Positions 1 to 9,504 are shown, counted from the stretch's first letter. The stretch is DNA of 26,276 bases from Opitutales bacterium (GCA_021772555.1 JAJFLT010000100.1:1-26276); one strand, 5' to 3'. The notes: generated from the letters alone by a model not told the origin. Numbers and translations: made by a program.

Positions 1-2513
1 AATTTCTCCGACAGGGCTTGGGCTTTTTCGTAACAGGATGAATCCAGCCTTTCCGCGGGCTGACTAATTGACTGGGCGGAAGGCTCCCGATCCACCTTGC
101 CGGGCGCTTTTTTTAAGGTATCGGGCAATTCCAGCCAATGGCTTTCGTTTTCACCGTCCGGTAAAACTTGCAGCTTTTCGGCCAGGGAATGGGCCGGTTT
201 GGCAAAGAATGCGCTATCTTCCATGAAGACGAGCGAGCGGCGGGCGCGGGTGGTCGCCACATAGAGAAGTCGCTCCATTTCCCGGCTCCTGATTTCTTTT
301 TCTTTCCGTTCCAATGAACCGAATTTGTGTTGGCTATCGAGCGCCAACCGCGTCTTGTCATCGGCGCCCGCCCGGCGTAGCGCTGGATAGGTGGCTCTGC
401 CATAACCAACCTGACGATGAAAATAAGGCAAAATCACGGCGTCCCATTCCAAACCCTTGGACATATGACAGGAGAGCAATTGCACATGGCCCTTTTTAAT
501 GGAACCCGCGACGCTGCGACGCGAGTTTTCTCCGGTCAGAGAAATAGTCCTTTCTTCTAGAGACAATCTCTCGTTTTCCGCCCGCGAGGCGGCCGCCAGT
601 AATTCCTCAAATAAGCCAGATAGCCCTTCTTCATCCTCATCCGGCAAAAGAGAGAGGCGCTCCCGTAAACAAATTGTCTCTACGAGGTGACATACGGCCT
701 CCCGCAATGTCCGTCCGGTAATTTTCCGGCGGAGGATGGCAAGTTCAGCCAGCGTTTTGGAGACAATATCATCTCCCTCCAAAGGGTGCAGAATTTGTAA
801 GGGTCGCTTTTGACAATAAACCGCCAGATCGTGATCGGAGATCCCGAATATCTCCCGTAAAACTCCATAAATTTCAAAAGAATTTTCCGGTTGCGAAACC
901 GCCGTGAGCAGGGCTGTAAACCAAAGAAAGGCGGGTTTGTCCCCCCATACATCGCTACCCGAATGCAATTGCGTATGGATTCCGCAACGGTTGAGTTCGC
1001 CATTGAGAGCCCGCAGCCATTCATTACGGGGACAAAGGATGGCCACTTCGGAAAAATCATCGGCCTGGAGCATTTTCAGCGGCTGGCCTTGAAACCATTC
1101 GGCAAAGGCACCGGCCAAATGTTGTGCGCGGTTGGATTCCGTTTCGCTCGAATCCATTTCGACGGGCGTGGGCATCTCAATCCTAGAAACCTGGCCCGCG
1201 TCAGCTCCCACACGCGCCGATAAGGGAACAAATGAAGCTTGTAAGTGATCTTCTTCGCTACCCGTTAAAATACTGGGGAAGAAGCTGTTGACGGCTGCGA
1301 CCACACTCTGGCTGCAACGAAATGTGACGGCGAAAACCAGTTCGTCGGCCGCTCCGCTTTCGACCAGGGTTTTGTGGATGCGATGGTAGGTCGGCAGGTC
1401 GGCCCGGCTACCGTAGATGGACTGCTGGGGATCGCCCACCATGCAGAATCGGCCCGGCTCAGGCGGCTCCAGACCGGTCTCCAGCCAGAGACCACGGGCG
1501 GCGGGCGGGCGGGTCACCTCGGTCAAAACCTCGAATTGCCGGGCATCTGTATCCTGGGCTTCGTCCAAAAGGATGCGGTAACCGGCATCGCGAATAATGG
1601 GGCCGGTCCGGTCATCACGCACAAGGACGCCTGCCAAATCGATCAAGTCGTCGTAGGTCAATCGCCCCGAGGTGACGCGAAATTTCCGGTATTGGGCGGC
1701 GATTTCCCGGATGAGGTTGAGCGAAGCCGTTTCCAGCCAATCGCGCAGGGGTTGAAAACTCGATTTCCAAAGATTCTGAAAATCCTTTCCTCCCTTGGAA
1801 AACTCGGGTTGCGGCAGGTAACCGGTTTCTGTTTGCCATTCAACCAGCCATTCGCGGGCGAGGGCCTTCCCCTCCAAAATTCCGGCCAAAGCCCGCTTGT
1901 TGGGTGGTTCGAAGTTGAGTAACGGCTCCAATTGCAAGCAGGGAAATTCAGTAAGGCCGCCGACCTCAAATCCACCGGGAGGTAGCCGAAAGTTCCTCGT
2001 CAAATCGAGGATCCGAGACAATGGAATGTGTCGCATGAGGTGACTTTGTACCTCACCCTGCAAAAAACCGGTAAATGAATCGATGCTCCCAAAAAATTCT
2101 CGCCAGAGTGCCTGATCGTCTTGCACGATTTCGAAATCGGAGGGCAAGCCGGCGGATAGCCCAAACCGCCGCAACAAATCGCCGCAAAAGCTGTGAATGG
2201 TGCCAAAGAAAGCGCTGCGCAGCAAACTCAACGCCTCGATTCCAACCCCTCTGGCCACTAATTCATTATGGGCGCGAAAACGCATCTCATCCGCGGCTTT
2301 ATTGGTGTAGGTGACCACCGCAAAACTTGATAACGGGCTTCCTCCACCTATCGCGCCAGATTGAGCAATATGGACAATGCGGTCGACTATGGCGCGGGTT
2401 TTGCCGGTTCCGGCTGGAGCGATGACGGTAAAATTCCTTCCCGTATCCTGCGAGAATCGATCGCGCTCCGTCTGATCGATGGGTAAAATGCCGGAATTGG
2501 TATGATCCATCAT
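1..2513 (-). CDS. addA: UvrD/AddA-type ATP-dependent helicase (helicase-nuclease subunit A), 3'-partial; runs off the window edge and is absent from the ORF track
   Basis: Manual translation from ATG 2513 (TGATG overlap with the upstream stop): MMDHTNSG...VIAPAGTGKT (Walker A), VVTYTNKAADEM (Ia), ILLDEAQD (II), MVGDPQQSIY (III), SCHMSKGLEWDAV (V), ERLLYVATTRARRSL (VI). The frame is open to position 3. Confidence 0.88.
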   Translation of the reverse strand, partial: MMDHTNSGILPIDQTERDRFSQDTGRNFTVIAPAGTGKTRAIVDRIVHIAQSGAIGGGSPLSSFAVVTYTNKAADEMRFRAHNELVARGVGIEALSLLRSAFFGTIHSFCGDLLRRFGLSAGLPSDFEIVQDDQALWREFFGSIDSFTGFLQGEVQSHLMRHIPLSRILDLTRNFRLPPGGFEVGGLTEFPCLQLEPLLNFEPPNKRALAGILEGKALAREWLVEWQTETGYLPQPEFSKGGKDFQNLWKSSFQPLRDWLETASLNLIREIAAQYRKFRVTSGRLTYDDLIDLAGVLVRDDRTGPIIRDAGYRILLDEAQDTDARQFEVLTEVTRPPAARGLWLETGLEPPEPGRFCMVGDPQQSIYGSRADLPTYHRIHKTLVESGAADELVFAVTFRCSQSVVAAVNSFFPSILTGSEEDHLQASFVPLSARVGADAGQVSRIEMPTPVEMDSSETESNRAQHLAGAFAEWFQGQPLKMLQADDFSEVAILCPRNEWLRALNGELNRCGIHTQLHSGSDVWGDKPAFLWFTALLTAVSQPENSFEIYGVLREIFGISDHDLAVYCQKRPLQILHPLEGDDIVSKTLAELAILRRKITGRTLREAVCHLVETICLRERLSLLPDEDEEGLSGLFEELLAAASRAENERLSLEERTISLTGENSRRSVAGSIKKGHVQLLSCHMSKGLEWDAVILPYFHRQVGYGRATYPALRRAGADDKTRLALDSQHKFGSLERKEKEIRSREMERLLYVATTRARRSLVFMEDSAFFAKPAHSLAEKLQVLPDGENESHWLELPDTLKKAPGKVDREPSAQSISQPAERLDSSCYEKAQALSEK

Positions 2514-5509
2514 CAGGAACTTTTGGTATATGGAAGCAGTGGATGGGTTATTTCCCATTTAACGCGCAGCGTCTCGATATCAAGGGGCAGGGTGGCCAGA
2601 GGGTATTCCGCCGATACCCCATATTTTGCCCGCACAGGTCCTGTCATCCCCAAGACTCCGGATTGCTGCAGGTGGGAAAGTCCGGCCCAAATCCGTCGCA
2701 ATTCGGTTGCCTGCAACTCAGACCAGGACAAAGGATTCGTCAATGCATCCGACACCTTCAAGACGGACAGGCTGACATCTTCCGCACCCATGGAATGAAG
2801 AGCCAAGGCATATAGGGCAACCTGCAGGCCTTTTCCTTTTTGCAAATCTTTAATGTGCAAAGGACGATCCTTTCCCGTCTTGAAATCAATCACCCAAAGT
2901 GGAGTGTACCCGGCCCAGGCTCGTTCGGATTGAGGCGATTCAAGGGGTTTTTGAGACAACAACAGGTCTATCCGGCCGGAAACGGGTAGGGTGTTGCGCT
3001 CCGTCAGAGGCAGGTCCATTTCTGTTGCGGGGGGCAAATCCCATTCGCTACGGGCAAAGGCCCAGCCTTCCAGTGCATCCAGAGAATCAGCCAAACCGGA
3101 AGCGATGCGCAAAGCCTGGGACCAACCCGATATCCACCAGTCAGGCAGGGTCCTGCCTGACTTTTTATAAGCTTCACGGACAGCCTTCTGCAATCGCCTG
3201 GCCTTTTCATCCACCTGTCGGGCCCAACCTCCCTCTAACGGAAAAGACGTGAACATGCTATCGTCATCCGCTGCGTCTTGATCGAGCCCGAGCCATTCAT
3301 GCACCCAGATTCCGATCGTCATGGGCCAGTTAACCGGTTCGCTGAAATCCGCGTCTTTGCGAATTCCGGTAACTGTATTCATCCACACCGAGGCGGGCCG
3401 CGCCAAAACCGTTTCCCAATTTTTGCAGGACAACGCCACCCCGCCGGGCGGAGGTTCGCGGTAGGCGAATTCAAATTCCCCAAACGGCTTTTTCTTATTC
3501 CGCCGGGCCGTGTGAGCGCGCAGGAAACGGTCGCGGTCTTTGGTATCGATTGAGGCTCTCCCGGTTTGTGGAAACGGGGGGATCCATTGCCGGGTTGCCG
3601 CGGCCAGCTCCGCCATAGTTTTATCATCCAAATGCCCTCCTGTATCCGCTCGGTAGAGTTTTAAAAAAAGCTCGCTGGGGGCGGCGGCGCGGCTGAAATC
3701 ATCCTCCGCCTTGAGGGAAGCAGTCGCTGCCAAACGGCATCCGGTCGATTCCAGCAAGCCCGCGAAAGCGTCCCGCGAGAGCTGACGCAAATCGCCCGCA
3801 CCAAGCAAAAGGCTACGATCCTTTTTAACCGCTAAATGCCCCTCCCCCTGAGAACCCTGAGCCAGACTGTTCCGGTTCAGAGCCTGCAAAAGCTCATCCG
3901 GTAAAAAAGGGGAAAGGGGAGGCTCGGGAGGCCAAAGCCCGTGGTTCAGCCCGCCCAGTATGAGATGGGAGAAATCCTGCCCCTCAGCCTGCTCGTAGGT
4001 TAACAGGTGCAACGGTGAAAGGGATTGCCGCCCGCAGGAGTAGCGGGTTCGCCCCGGGGTCCTCAGGATGTCGCCCAACCAACGCAGGAAAACGGACCGT
4101 TTGACCGGCAGGACGAGTGCTTTTTTCAGTGGTTCGGCGCGACTGGCCAGAATTTCCAGTTCGGATTTCCAGCCTAATCTGTCGAGCGGCCCCAGAGATG
4201 CCTGTAAAAATCCGGCAAAGGAATCCAGGGGCGGGAGCGCGGGCCATTGATTCAATACCGAAAAACCATTTCCCTCCGGCCGGTGTTTACCCAACCACGA
4301 ACGAATAACACCCAGATGACCCGTCAGCAAAACCCTGGTCGCCTCTTTTAAATCTCTTTCAGAAGATCGAAAAAGTTTTGCCGAACCCAGGTCGAGATTT
4401 CGCCTTGAACGCAGGAACATGTGAAACGAGGGCAAACTCTGGTCCCTTTGAAAATCCAGCCAACGATTCAGCAAACCTTGCCGCGTTGATTGCACGGGGT
4501 AGTGTCCGATATTGTCTAGGAAAGGGATTTTCAGCCGGGCCAACCGCGAGGCCACCTCTCTTCCCAAAATCGACCCCGAAGGCGTTAAAATGCCCAGGCG
4601 CGCACACTTTGGATCTTCTAAATAAGTGCAGGCGCAAGCCGTTATTACCTCTGCCTCCTGACGAACATGGTCCGCCAAATAGAAATCCCCGGAGGCATTT
4701 TCGGGTGCTCCCGGCAAATCCAGGGAATAATTCAGGCATAACCCGGAAAAGGGGAAATCAACAACCGGTTCTGCCGCCGGAACCGTTTCCGCCTCCCCAA
4801 AAAATTCCTCCCACGCACCAGTCCAGATTCTTTCCGGTTGACTATCTCGGGCCAGAGGCAAGCAGACCAAGGTTTCGGAGGCATGGGCGCATCCCGCCCG
4901 AAGGAGGGCCAGCCACTCCCAGTGCCGGGCTGAAAACCCGACTATGAGCATGGAATCTATCAGTTTCCCAGTCGTTGCTCTTTCTCGACACAGACGCCAA
5001 TCCGCCTCCTGGGAAGTTTGCAGACCGGTATGGGCAAGAAGTTTTTCATACCTGGAAGCCACTTCAGCCCATAATTCACCATCCAGTGACTTGCTCTCGT
5101 GTCCGGCTGCTTTAAGCATGTCCAATGTGCGCACGAATTCATCCGGTTGCTCCTCGAGTATCTCCGAAAAGACCTCTTCCTCCTCCCCATCAGCGGCTGC
5201 AACCGCCATAAAAAAGTGTAAGTCTTCACGTAATGCGAGGCGTTTGTCACCGCCTGACCGGGAAGTCTTGAGCAGGAATTCGCGGAGATTTCCCAGGCTC
5301 CAGAAATGAATCGAAAAAAGGGGCAAGCCCGCATTTAAAACCTTCTGTTTGAGGAACGCGCCGTAGGCCTGGTTGGGAACGATCACTACGGTGGGACGCC
5401 CCGAGGACATGGATTCGGTTGATACTTTTATCCGAAACCACGGCTCCAGAAGTTGTTGCCAGCAATCCTCGAATCCCGCTGCCTGGCAAAGGCGAATACT
5501 GGAGGACAT
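2513..5509 (-). CDS. addB: AddB-like subunit with C-terminal PD-(D/E)XK nuclease domain, 998 aa
   Basis: C-terminal SGRIDLL...VIDFKTG...LQVALYALAL RecB-family nuclease motifs; translationally coupled directly upstream of the UvrD helicase (addB-addA order). Confidence 0.78.
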   Translation of the reverse strand: MSSSIRLCQAAGFEDCWQQLLEPWFRIKVSTESMSSGRPTVVIVPNQAYGAFLKQKVLNAGLPLFSIHFWSLGNLREFLLKTSRSGGDKRLALREDLHFFMAVAAADGEEEEVFSEILEEQPDEFVRTLDMLKAAGHESKSLDGELWAEVASRYEKLLAHTGLQTSQEADWRLCRERATTGKLIDSMLIVGFSARHWEWLALLRAGCAHASETLVCLPLARDSQPERIWTGAWEEFFGEAETVPAAEPVVDFPFSGLCLNYSLDLPGAPENASGDFYLADHVRQEAEVITACACTYLEDPKCARLGILTPSGSILGREVASRLARLKIPFLDNIGHYPVQSTRQGLLNRWLDFQRDQSLPSFHMFLRSRRNLDLGSAKLFRSSERDLKEATRVLLTGHLGVIRSWLGKHRPEGNGFSVLNQWPALPPLDSFAGFLQASLGPLDRLGWKSELEILASRAEPLKKALVLPVKRSVFLRWLGDILRTPGRTRYSCGRQSLSPLHLLTYEQAEGQDFSHLILGGLNHGLWPPEPPLSPFLPDELLQALNRNSLAQGSQGEGHLAVKKDRSLLLGAGDLRQLSRDAFAGLLESTGCRLAATASLKAEDDFSRAAAPSELFLKLYRADTGGHLDDKTMAELAAATRQWIPPFPQTGRASIDTKDRDRFLRAHTARRNKKKPFGEFEFAYREPPPGGVALSCKNWETVLARPASVWMNTVTGIRKDADFSEPVNWPMTIGIWVHEWLGLDQDAADDDSMFTSFPLEGGWARQVDEKARRLQKAVREAYKKSGRTLPDWWISGWSQALRIASGLADSLDALEGWAFARSEWDLPPATEMDLPLTERNTLPVSGRIDLLLSQKPLESPQSERAWAGYTPLWVIDFKTGKDRPLHIKDLQKGKGLQVALYALALHSMGAEDVSLSVLKVSDALTNPLSWSELQATELRRIWAGLSHLQQSGVLGMTGPVRAKYGVSAEYPLATLPLDIETLRVKWEITHPLLPYTKSS

Positions 5510-5534
5510 TTTAATTTATTAAACCTACCCGGCC

Positions 5535-5957
5535 TCAGTCCTCGCCTTCATCAATCCAGTGAATGGCGACGGATCTTTCGATATCGGGGTGAATGCTGTA
5601 ATTAACCGGACAGGTTTCCGCCGCGTGAAGCAACGCCGCTTTGACTTCATCGGTATGATTGCCGGAAATCCAGAATTCAACCGGCAGCCCCACGATGCGC
5701 CGGGGTGTATCGGAAGACATGATTTTTGTTACTTTAAAGCGCGCTCCGGCCATATCCACGCCCAGTTGCCGGGCTCGAATGCCCATTATAGTGGTCATGC
5801 AGGTTCCCAGCGCAGTGGCGCAAAGATCCGTGGGGGAAAAAGATTCACCTTTGCCTTGATTGTCCACCGGCGCATCTGTGCTCAGTTGGGCGCCGGAAGG
5901 CTCGTGTCGGGCGGAACAACGCAAATCACCCTCATAAACCGCAGTCATCGTAACCAT
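5535..5957 (-). CDS. OsmC/Ohr family protein
   Basis: TDAPVDNQGKGESFSPTDLCATALGTC and the second Cys in AAETCPV. Likely start is ATG 5957 (MVTMTAVY); the ORF track extends to a TTG at 5975. Confidence 0.88.
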   Translation of the reverse strand: MVTMTAVYEGDLRCSARHEPSGAQLSTDAPVDNQGKGESFSPTDLCATALGTCMTTIMGIRARQLGVDMAGARFKVTKIMSSDTPRRIVGLPVEFWISGNHTDEVKAALLHAAETCPVNYSIHPDIERSVAIHWIDEGED

Positions 5958-6123
5958 GCCAAGAGTCAAACTCAAGTCACCGAGGCCTGCAACTCAAAAT
6001 GAATTCTGAACATAAGAAGCAACCTGCTTGCATATTGCAGGCACGGTATTATATTGCCTCAGAGAGGGAAACCATACTAAAGGAACAGACTTAGAAGAAA
6101 TCGATTTAATGGAGATAAAATTG

Positions 6124-6393
6124 ATGATTAAAAATAGCCACACTTTCTTTATTTCGTTGATATTCACAGGATTACCGACCATTCTGGAGGCCCATTCAGG
6201 CCATGGGATGGATGGCACTGCTCACAGTATAACACATTATCTAACAGAGCCTTTTCACATTGCAGTGGGTGCCAGCCTGGCCGCATTGGTTGCCGCGGGT
6301 TTTTATATTTCCAGGAAAATCAGGCAGGGGCAACAGGGTCGGGTCTTGAAAATTGAGACTCGTCACTCTTCGGATTTTGAGGCTTATTCGTAA
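6124..6393 (+). CDS. Small His-rich single-pass membrane protein of unknown function (89 aa)
   Basis: GGAGA RBS at 6111-6115 before ATG 6124; signal-like N-terminus, then AHSGHGMDGTAHSITHYLTEPFH, a hydrophobic helix and a basic tail. Confidence 0.6.
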   Translation: MIKNSHTFFISLIFTGLPTILEAHSGHGMDGTAHSITHYLTEPFHIAVGASLAALVAAGFYISRKIRQGQQGRVLKIETRHSSDFEAYS

Positions 6394-6451
6394 AGAATTA
6401 TTCCTTTTCCGCATTGTTCCTATTGCGAAGAATCCGATTGGTGACAAGGCG

Positions 6452-7186
6452 CTAATCCCGATGTGCGGAATAGAGTAATTCCAGCGTGTGCCGCAAAATT
6501 TGGACGAGGTTTCGAATTTCCTCTTCCAAAATTGTTCCGGTCAAGGCGATGGCATAGAGTTTGTCTTCCTGGGCAACGGCCAGGGAACATCGCTCTTCCG
6601 ATTCTGCTGAGGAATCGCTCAAAAAAGCGTAGCCTTGGCTTTTGATGGCCCGCAACTCCTTCACCAAAGCGGGCAAGCCGCAGGGGAACCCGGGAACCGG
6701 GCCGCCAATAAAAATGGCCTCCACTTTCTCCTGCGAATAATTGGAGAGCAAAACCAGGCCTATGGCGGAGCGAGTGGCCGCCCGTAAATCCATACGACCC
6801 ATGGCCCAAGAGGTGGGTCTATCCGGTTCGCTGCCATAAAAACATGAAACAGCCCCTTCCCAGCACATTCCGAGTTCAACTTTACAAGAGGGTACTTGCC
6901 GCTGCAAATCCTGAAGGGGTTCCGGCATTGTGCGCCATATGGGCGCATTGCAGAGGCTTTGCGAGGCCAGGACTGGTAATGCAGGACCGGCCTGAAATTT
7001 GCGGTCTCCTCCCTGATGAACCAACCCCAAATGGGCAAGAGTTTTGAGAAGGCGATGCGTCCTTGTCGGTTCGATCTTGAGCAAGCGGGAAACTTCAATC
7101 GAGCGAAGGGGGTTTCCTGACAGGGAGAGAGCCTTTAAACAACGAACGCCCTCAATCAGACTTTGGTTGGGTTGTGCGGGAAGCAT
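6452..7186 (-). CDS. IclR family transcriptional regulator
   Basis: N-terminal HTH NQSLIEGVRCL...RTHRLLKTLAHLGLV; C-terminal effector-domain motifs ATRSAIGLVLL and IKSQGYA. Confidence 0.85.
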   Translation of the reverse strand: MLPAQPNQSLIEGVRCLKALSLSGNPLRSIEVSRLLKIEPTRTHRLLKTLAHLGLVHQGGDRKFQAGPALPVLASQSLCNAPIWRTMPEPLQDLQRQVPSCKVELGMCWEGAVSCFYGSEPDRPTSWAMGRMDLRAATRSAIGLVLLSNYSQEKVEAIFIGGPVPGFPCGLPALVKELRAIKSQGYAFLSDSSAESEERCSLAVAQEDKLYAIALTGTILEEEIRNLVQILRHTLELLYSAHRD

Positions 7187-7196
7187 TTAATTGCTT

Positions 7197-7220
7197 TTAT
7201 AGCTGAATATATTGCTATAA
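7197..7220. promoter_or_regulatory. Palindromic candidate operator upstream of the IclR gene
   Basis: TTATAGC-TG-AATATATT-GCTATAA is a perfect palindrome apart from a 2-nt bulge and lies 11-34 nt upstream of the IclR ATG. GTCAA-N4-TTGAC at 7240-7253 supplies TTGAC -35-like hexamers on both strands. Confidence 0.45.
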
Positions 7221-7484
7221 ATGCAATTATTGAATGAGAGTCAAGAATTTGACAAAATTTTTACAAAATCGTTAATAATTCTTAACAAAAATCTTATAAA
7301 AATGACTTTGGGCTTTATAAAAAGCACAAGCCTCTAGCTACCAACGCTGAATAAACTTGTTTCAGGTTGATTCAATCAGCAATATCGACCAATCTTCTAT
7401 ACGCTTAACAAATTAAGATGATTCCAAAGAGATTGAAGCGTGAGAATTTTCCTAATATCTCTGCCCATATTACAACGGTTGTAA

Positions 7485-8753
7485 ATGAATGACAGCAGAT
7501 TCAGGTTCCACCGGCACCGGAGGGCGAACATTTGGAGGAGACTGGTAGCCGGCTCCTTGTTTTTCAGTCTGATTGGAACCAGTCCATTTTCTAATGCGGA
7601 GGAAAATGAAACGGAGAATGCGAAACGCTCCGATCGCCTGGTACAGCGCGGCCGGGACCTGCGGAAAATCGGCGACCTGCAGGGCTCGCGGCACGACCTC
7701 AATGAAGCCATTCGCCTGAACCCTTACAATGTAGACGCCTACGTGCAAAGGGGTATCACAAGAGCCCAGGCAAAAGATTTCGATGGTTCCTATTTCGATT
7801 TCGAAAAAGCAGAGGAGATCGATCCGGGCAATATTACGGCTCTCTTCGGACGTGGCCTCATGCACGAGATGAAAAATGACATCAATGGCGCGATGCAGGA
7901 TTTTGAGGCCGTGCTCCGCTTGAAACCCGATCATAACATGGCCACTTACAAACGTGGGATCCTCAAATTCGGGCTCGGGCAATACGAGGAAGCGATCGAG
8001 GATTTTACCAAGGTTATTGATCGAAAGCCGCGCTCCGCCGTCACTCTTTCGGCCCGTGGTTTAACGAAAATGCATACCGGAGACCTGGCCGGCGCGATAG
8101 ACGATTTAGACAGTGCATTGTATGTCAACCCCCGGCTCTACCGCACCTTGTTTGCGAGAGGAAAAGTGTACCTGCTGCAGGGTAAAAGGAAAGCCGCCTT
8201 GTTTGATTTTGAGAAGGCTCTGCAAATCAACCGGCAATACCCGGACGCCTATCTACTCCGAGGCCTGGTTCATTTGACCATGGATCGGTATGAGGAGGCT
8301 CTGGCCGACCTTGAGAAAACATTGAGCCTCTACAAAAACCCCGAAATGGAGGACCCTCCGCAATTACTATTGTGGTTTACTCGCATGTACCTGGAGAGGG
8401 AGGACGAGGCCAACCAACGATTGGCCCGCCATTTAAAAAAAAGGTTGGCCCATGAAGAGGAGGGGGGCGCCGAAATCCCCGATTGGTATGCGGCCCAAGT
8501 TCGTTTTCAATTGGGAGAAGTTAAAGAAAACTCAAGGGCTGCCCCATCCGGTGATGATGGCGAAAAGCCCGGGAAGCAAAATCGCCTTCGATGCAAATAT
8601 TACTATTATACCGCCCTGCATAAATTGCTCCACAAAGATGCTGAAACAGCCATTCCCCTCATGCGAAAGTGCCTGCAAACCGATCAATATGATGCCATCG
8701 AATACATTGCCGCAGGCCTCCAATTGAGAAAACTGAGAGTAAAACTTGAATAA
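7485..8753 (+). CDS. Tetratricopeptide-repeat protein, NlpI-like, with N-terminal signal/anchor
   Basis: Multiple TPRs (e.g. AYVQRGITRAQAKDFDGSYFDFEKAEEIDP); the C-terminal LLLW...DWY...CKYYYY...EYIAAGLQL pattern resembles the NlpI C-terminus. Confidence 0.8.
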   Translation: MNDSRFRFHRHRRANIWRRLVAGSLFFSLIGTSPFSNAEENETENAKRSDRLVQRGRDLRKIGDLQGSRHDLNEAIRLNPYNVDAYVQRGITRAQAKDFDGSYFDFEKAEEIDPGNITALFGRGLMHEMKNDINGAMQDFEAVLRLKPDHNMATYKRGILKFGLGQYEEAIEDFTKVIDRKPRSAVTLSARGLTKMHTGDLAGAIDDLDSALYVNPRLYRTLFARGKVYLLQGKRKAALFDFEKALQINRQYPDAYLLRGLVHLTMDRYEEALADLEKTLSLYKNPEMEDPPQLLLWFTRMYLEREDEANQRLARHLKKRLAHEEEGGAEIPDWYAAQVRFQLGEVKENSRAAPSGDDGEKPGKQNRLRCKYYYYTALHKLLHKDAETAIPLMRKCLQTDQYDAIEYIAAGLQLRKLRVKLE

Positions 8754-8837
8754 ATCGCGCAATTGCTCAAGCCTTCCTAATCACTGGCATCAACCGGATA
8801 GTGATTGATTATGTAAATAAAAGGAGGGATTGGAAAT

Positions 8838-9485
8838 ATGAACCAATTGAAGGAAAAATACATTACGGCCAAGGAACGCTGGGCTGAAAAAAAGAAAAAC
8901 GCCGGTTTCGCCCCACTCGATAAACCGTCCGATGGCAGACTACCGCCGGGACAGCACCTGACCAAAGGCTTCCCCATTCTCGATTTAGGTATCCAACCGG
9001 ATATTCCGCACGACCAGTGGAACCTTAAAATTCACGGATTGGTGGGCAACCCGATGGACTTGAATTGGGAGGCATTCAATGCCCTGCCGCAGGTGGAAGA
9101 CATCAGCGATTTTCATTGTGTGACCACCTGGAGCAAATACGACTGCCGTTGGAGCGGGGTTCCTTTTACGGAAATCTACGAACGGGCCGCGACGACCGCG
9201 GAGGCCAAATATGTTTACTTCACCTCCTACGACGACTACTCCACCAACCTGCCACTGGATCAATTACTGGACGATGATGTCCTCATTGCCACTCATTTTG
9301 ACGGCAAACCAATCACCCGCGAGCACGGGGGCCCGGCCCGCATTATCGTCCCCAAACTCTACGCCTGGAAAGGCGCCAAATTCGTCCGGGAAATAGAATT
9401 TTTGGCCGAGGATCGCTTGGGCTTCTGGGAAATTCGCGGCTATTCCAACACCGCCGATCCCTTCACCGAGGCCCGTTTCGCCTGA
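8838..9485 (+). CDS. Sulfite-oxidase-family molybdopterin-binding oxidoreductase (YuiH-like)
   Basis: RLPPGQ, DFHCVTTWS (Moco Cys ligand), HGGPARIIVPKLYAWKGAKF, GFWE.RGY; AAGGAGG RBS upstream. Confidence 0.9.
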   Translation: MNQLKEKYITAKERWAEKKKNAGFAPLDKPSDGRLPPGQHLTKGFPILDLGIQPDIPHDQWNLKIHGLVGNPMDLNWEAFNALPQVEDISDFHCVTTWSKYDCRWSGVPFTEIYERAATTAEAKYVYFTSYDDYSTNLPLDQLLDDDVLIATHFDGKPITREHGGPARIIVPKLYAWKGAKFVREIEFLAEDRLGFWEIRGYSNTADPFTEARFA

Positions 9486-9499
9486 AGCCGAAACGGGCC
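9470..9499. terminator. 11-bp perfect hairpin between convergent genes (terminator-like, no U-tract)
   Basis: GGCCCGTTTCG (9470-9480) / CGAAACGGGCC (9489-9499), with an 8-nt loop containing the TGA stop. Confidence 0.45.
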
Positions 9500-9504
9500 G
9501 CGAT

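Noticed and set aside
314-2314. Numerous short ORFs listed over the first 2.5 kb
   Set aside because: All overlap the uninterrupted AddA frame, which carries every helicase motif.
8792-8819. dif-like site (TTATGTAAAT resembles a XerD arm)
   Set aside because: No acceptable XerC arm at the 6-bp spacing; it lies in an ordinary promoter/RBS region.
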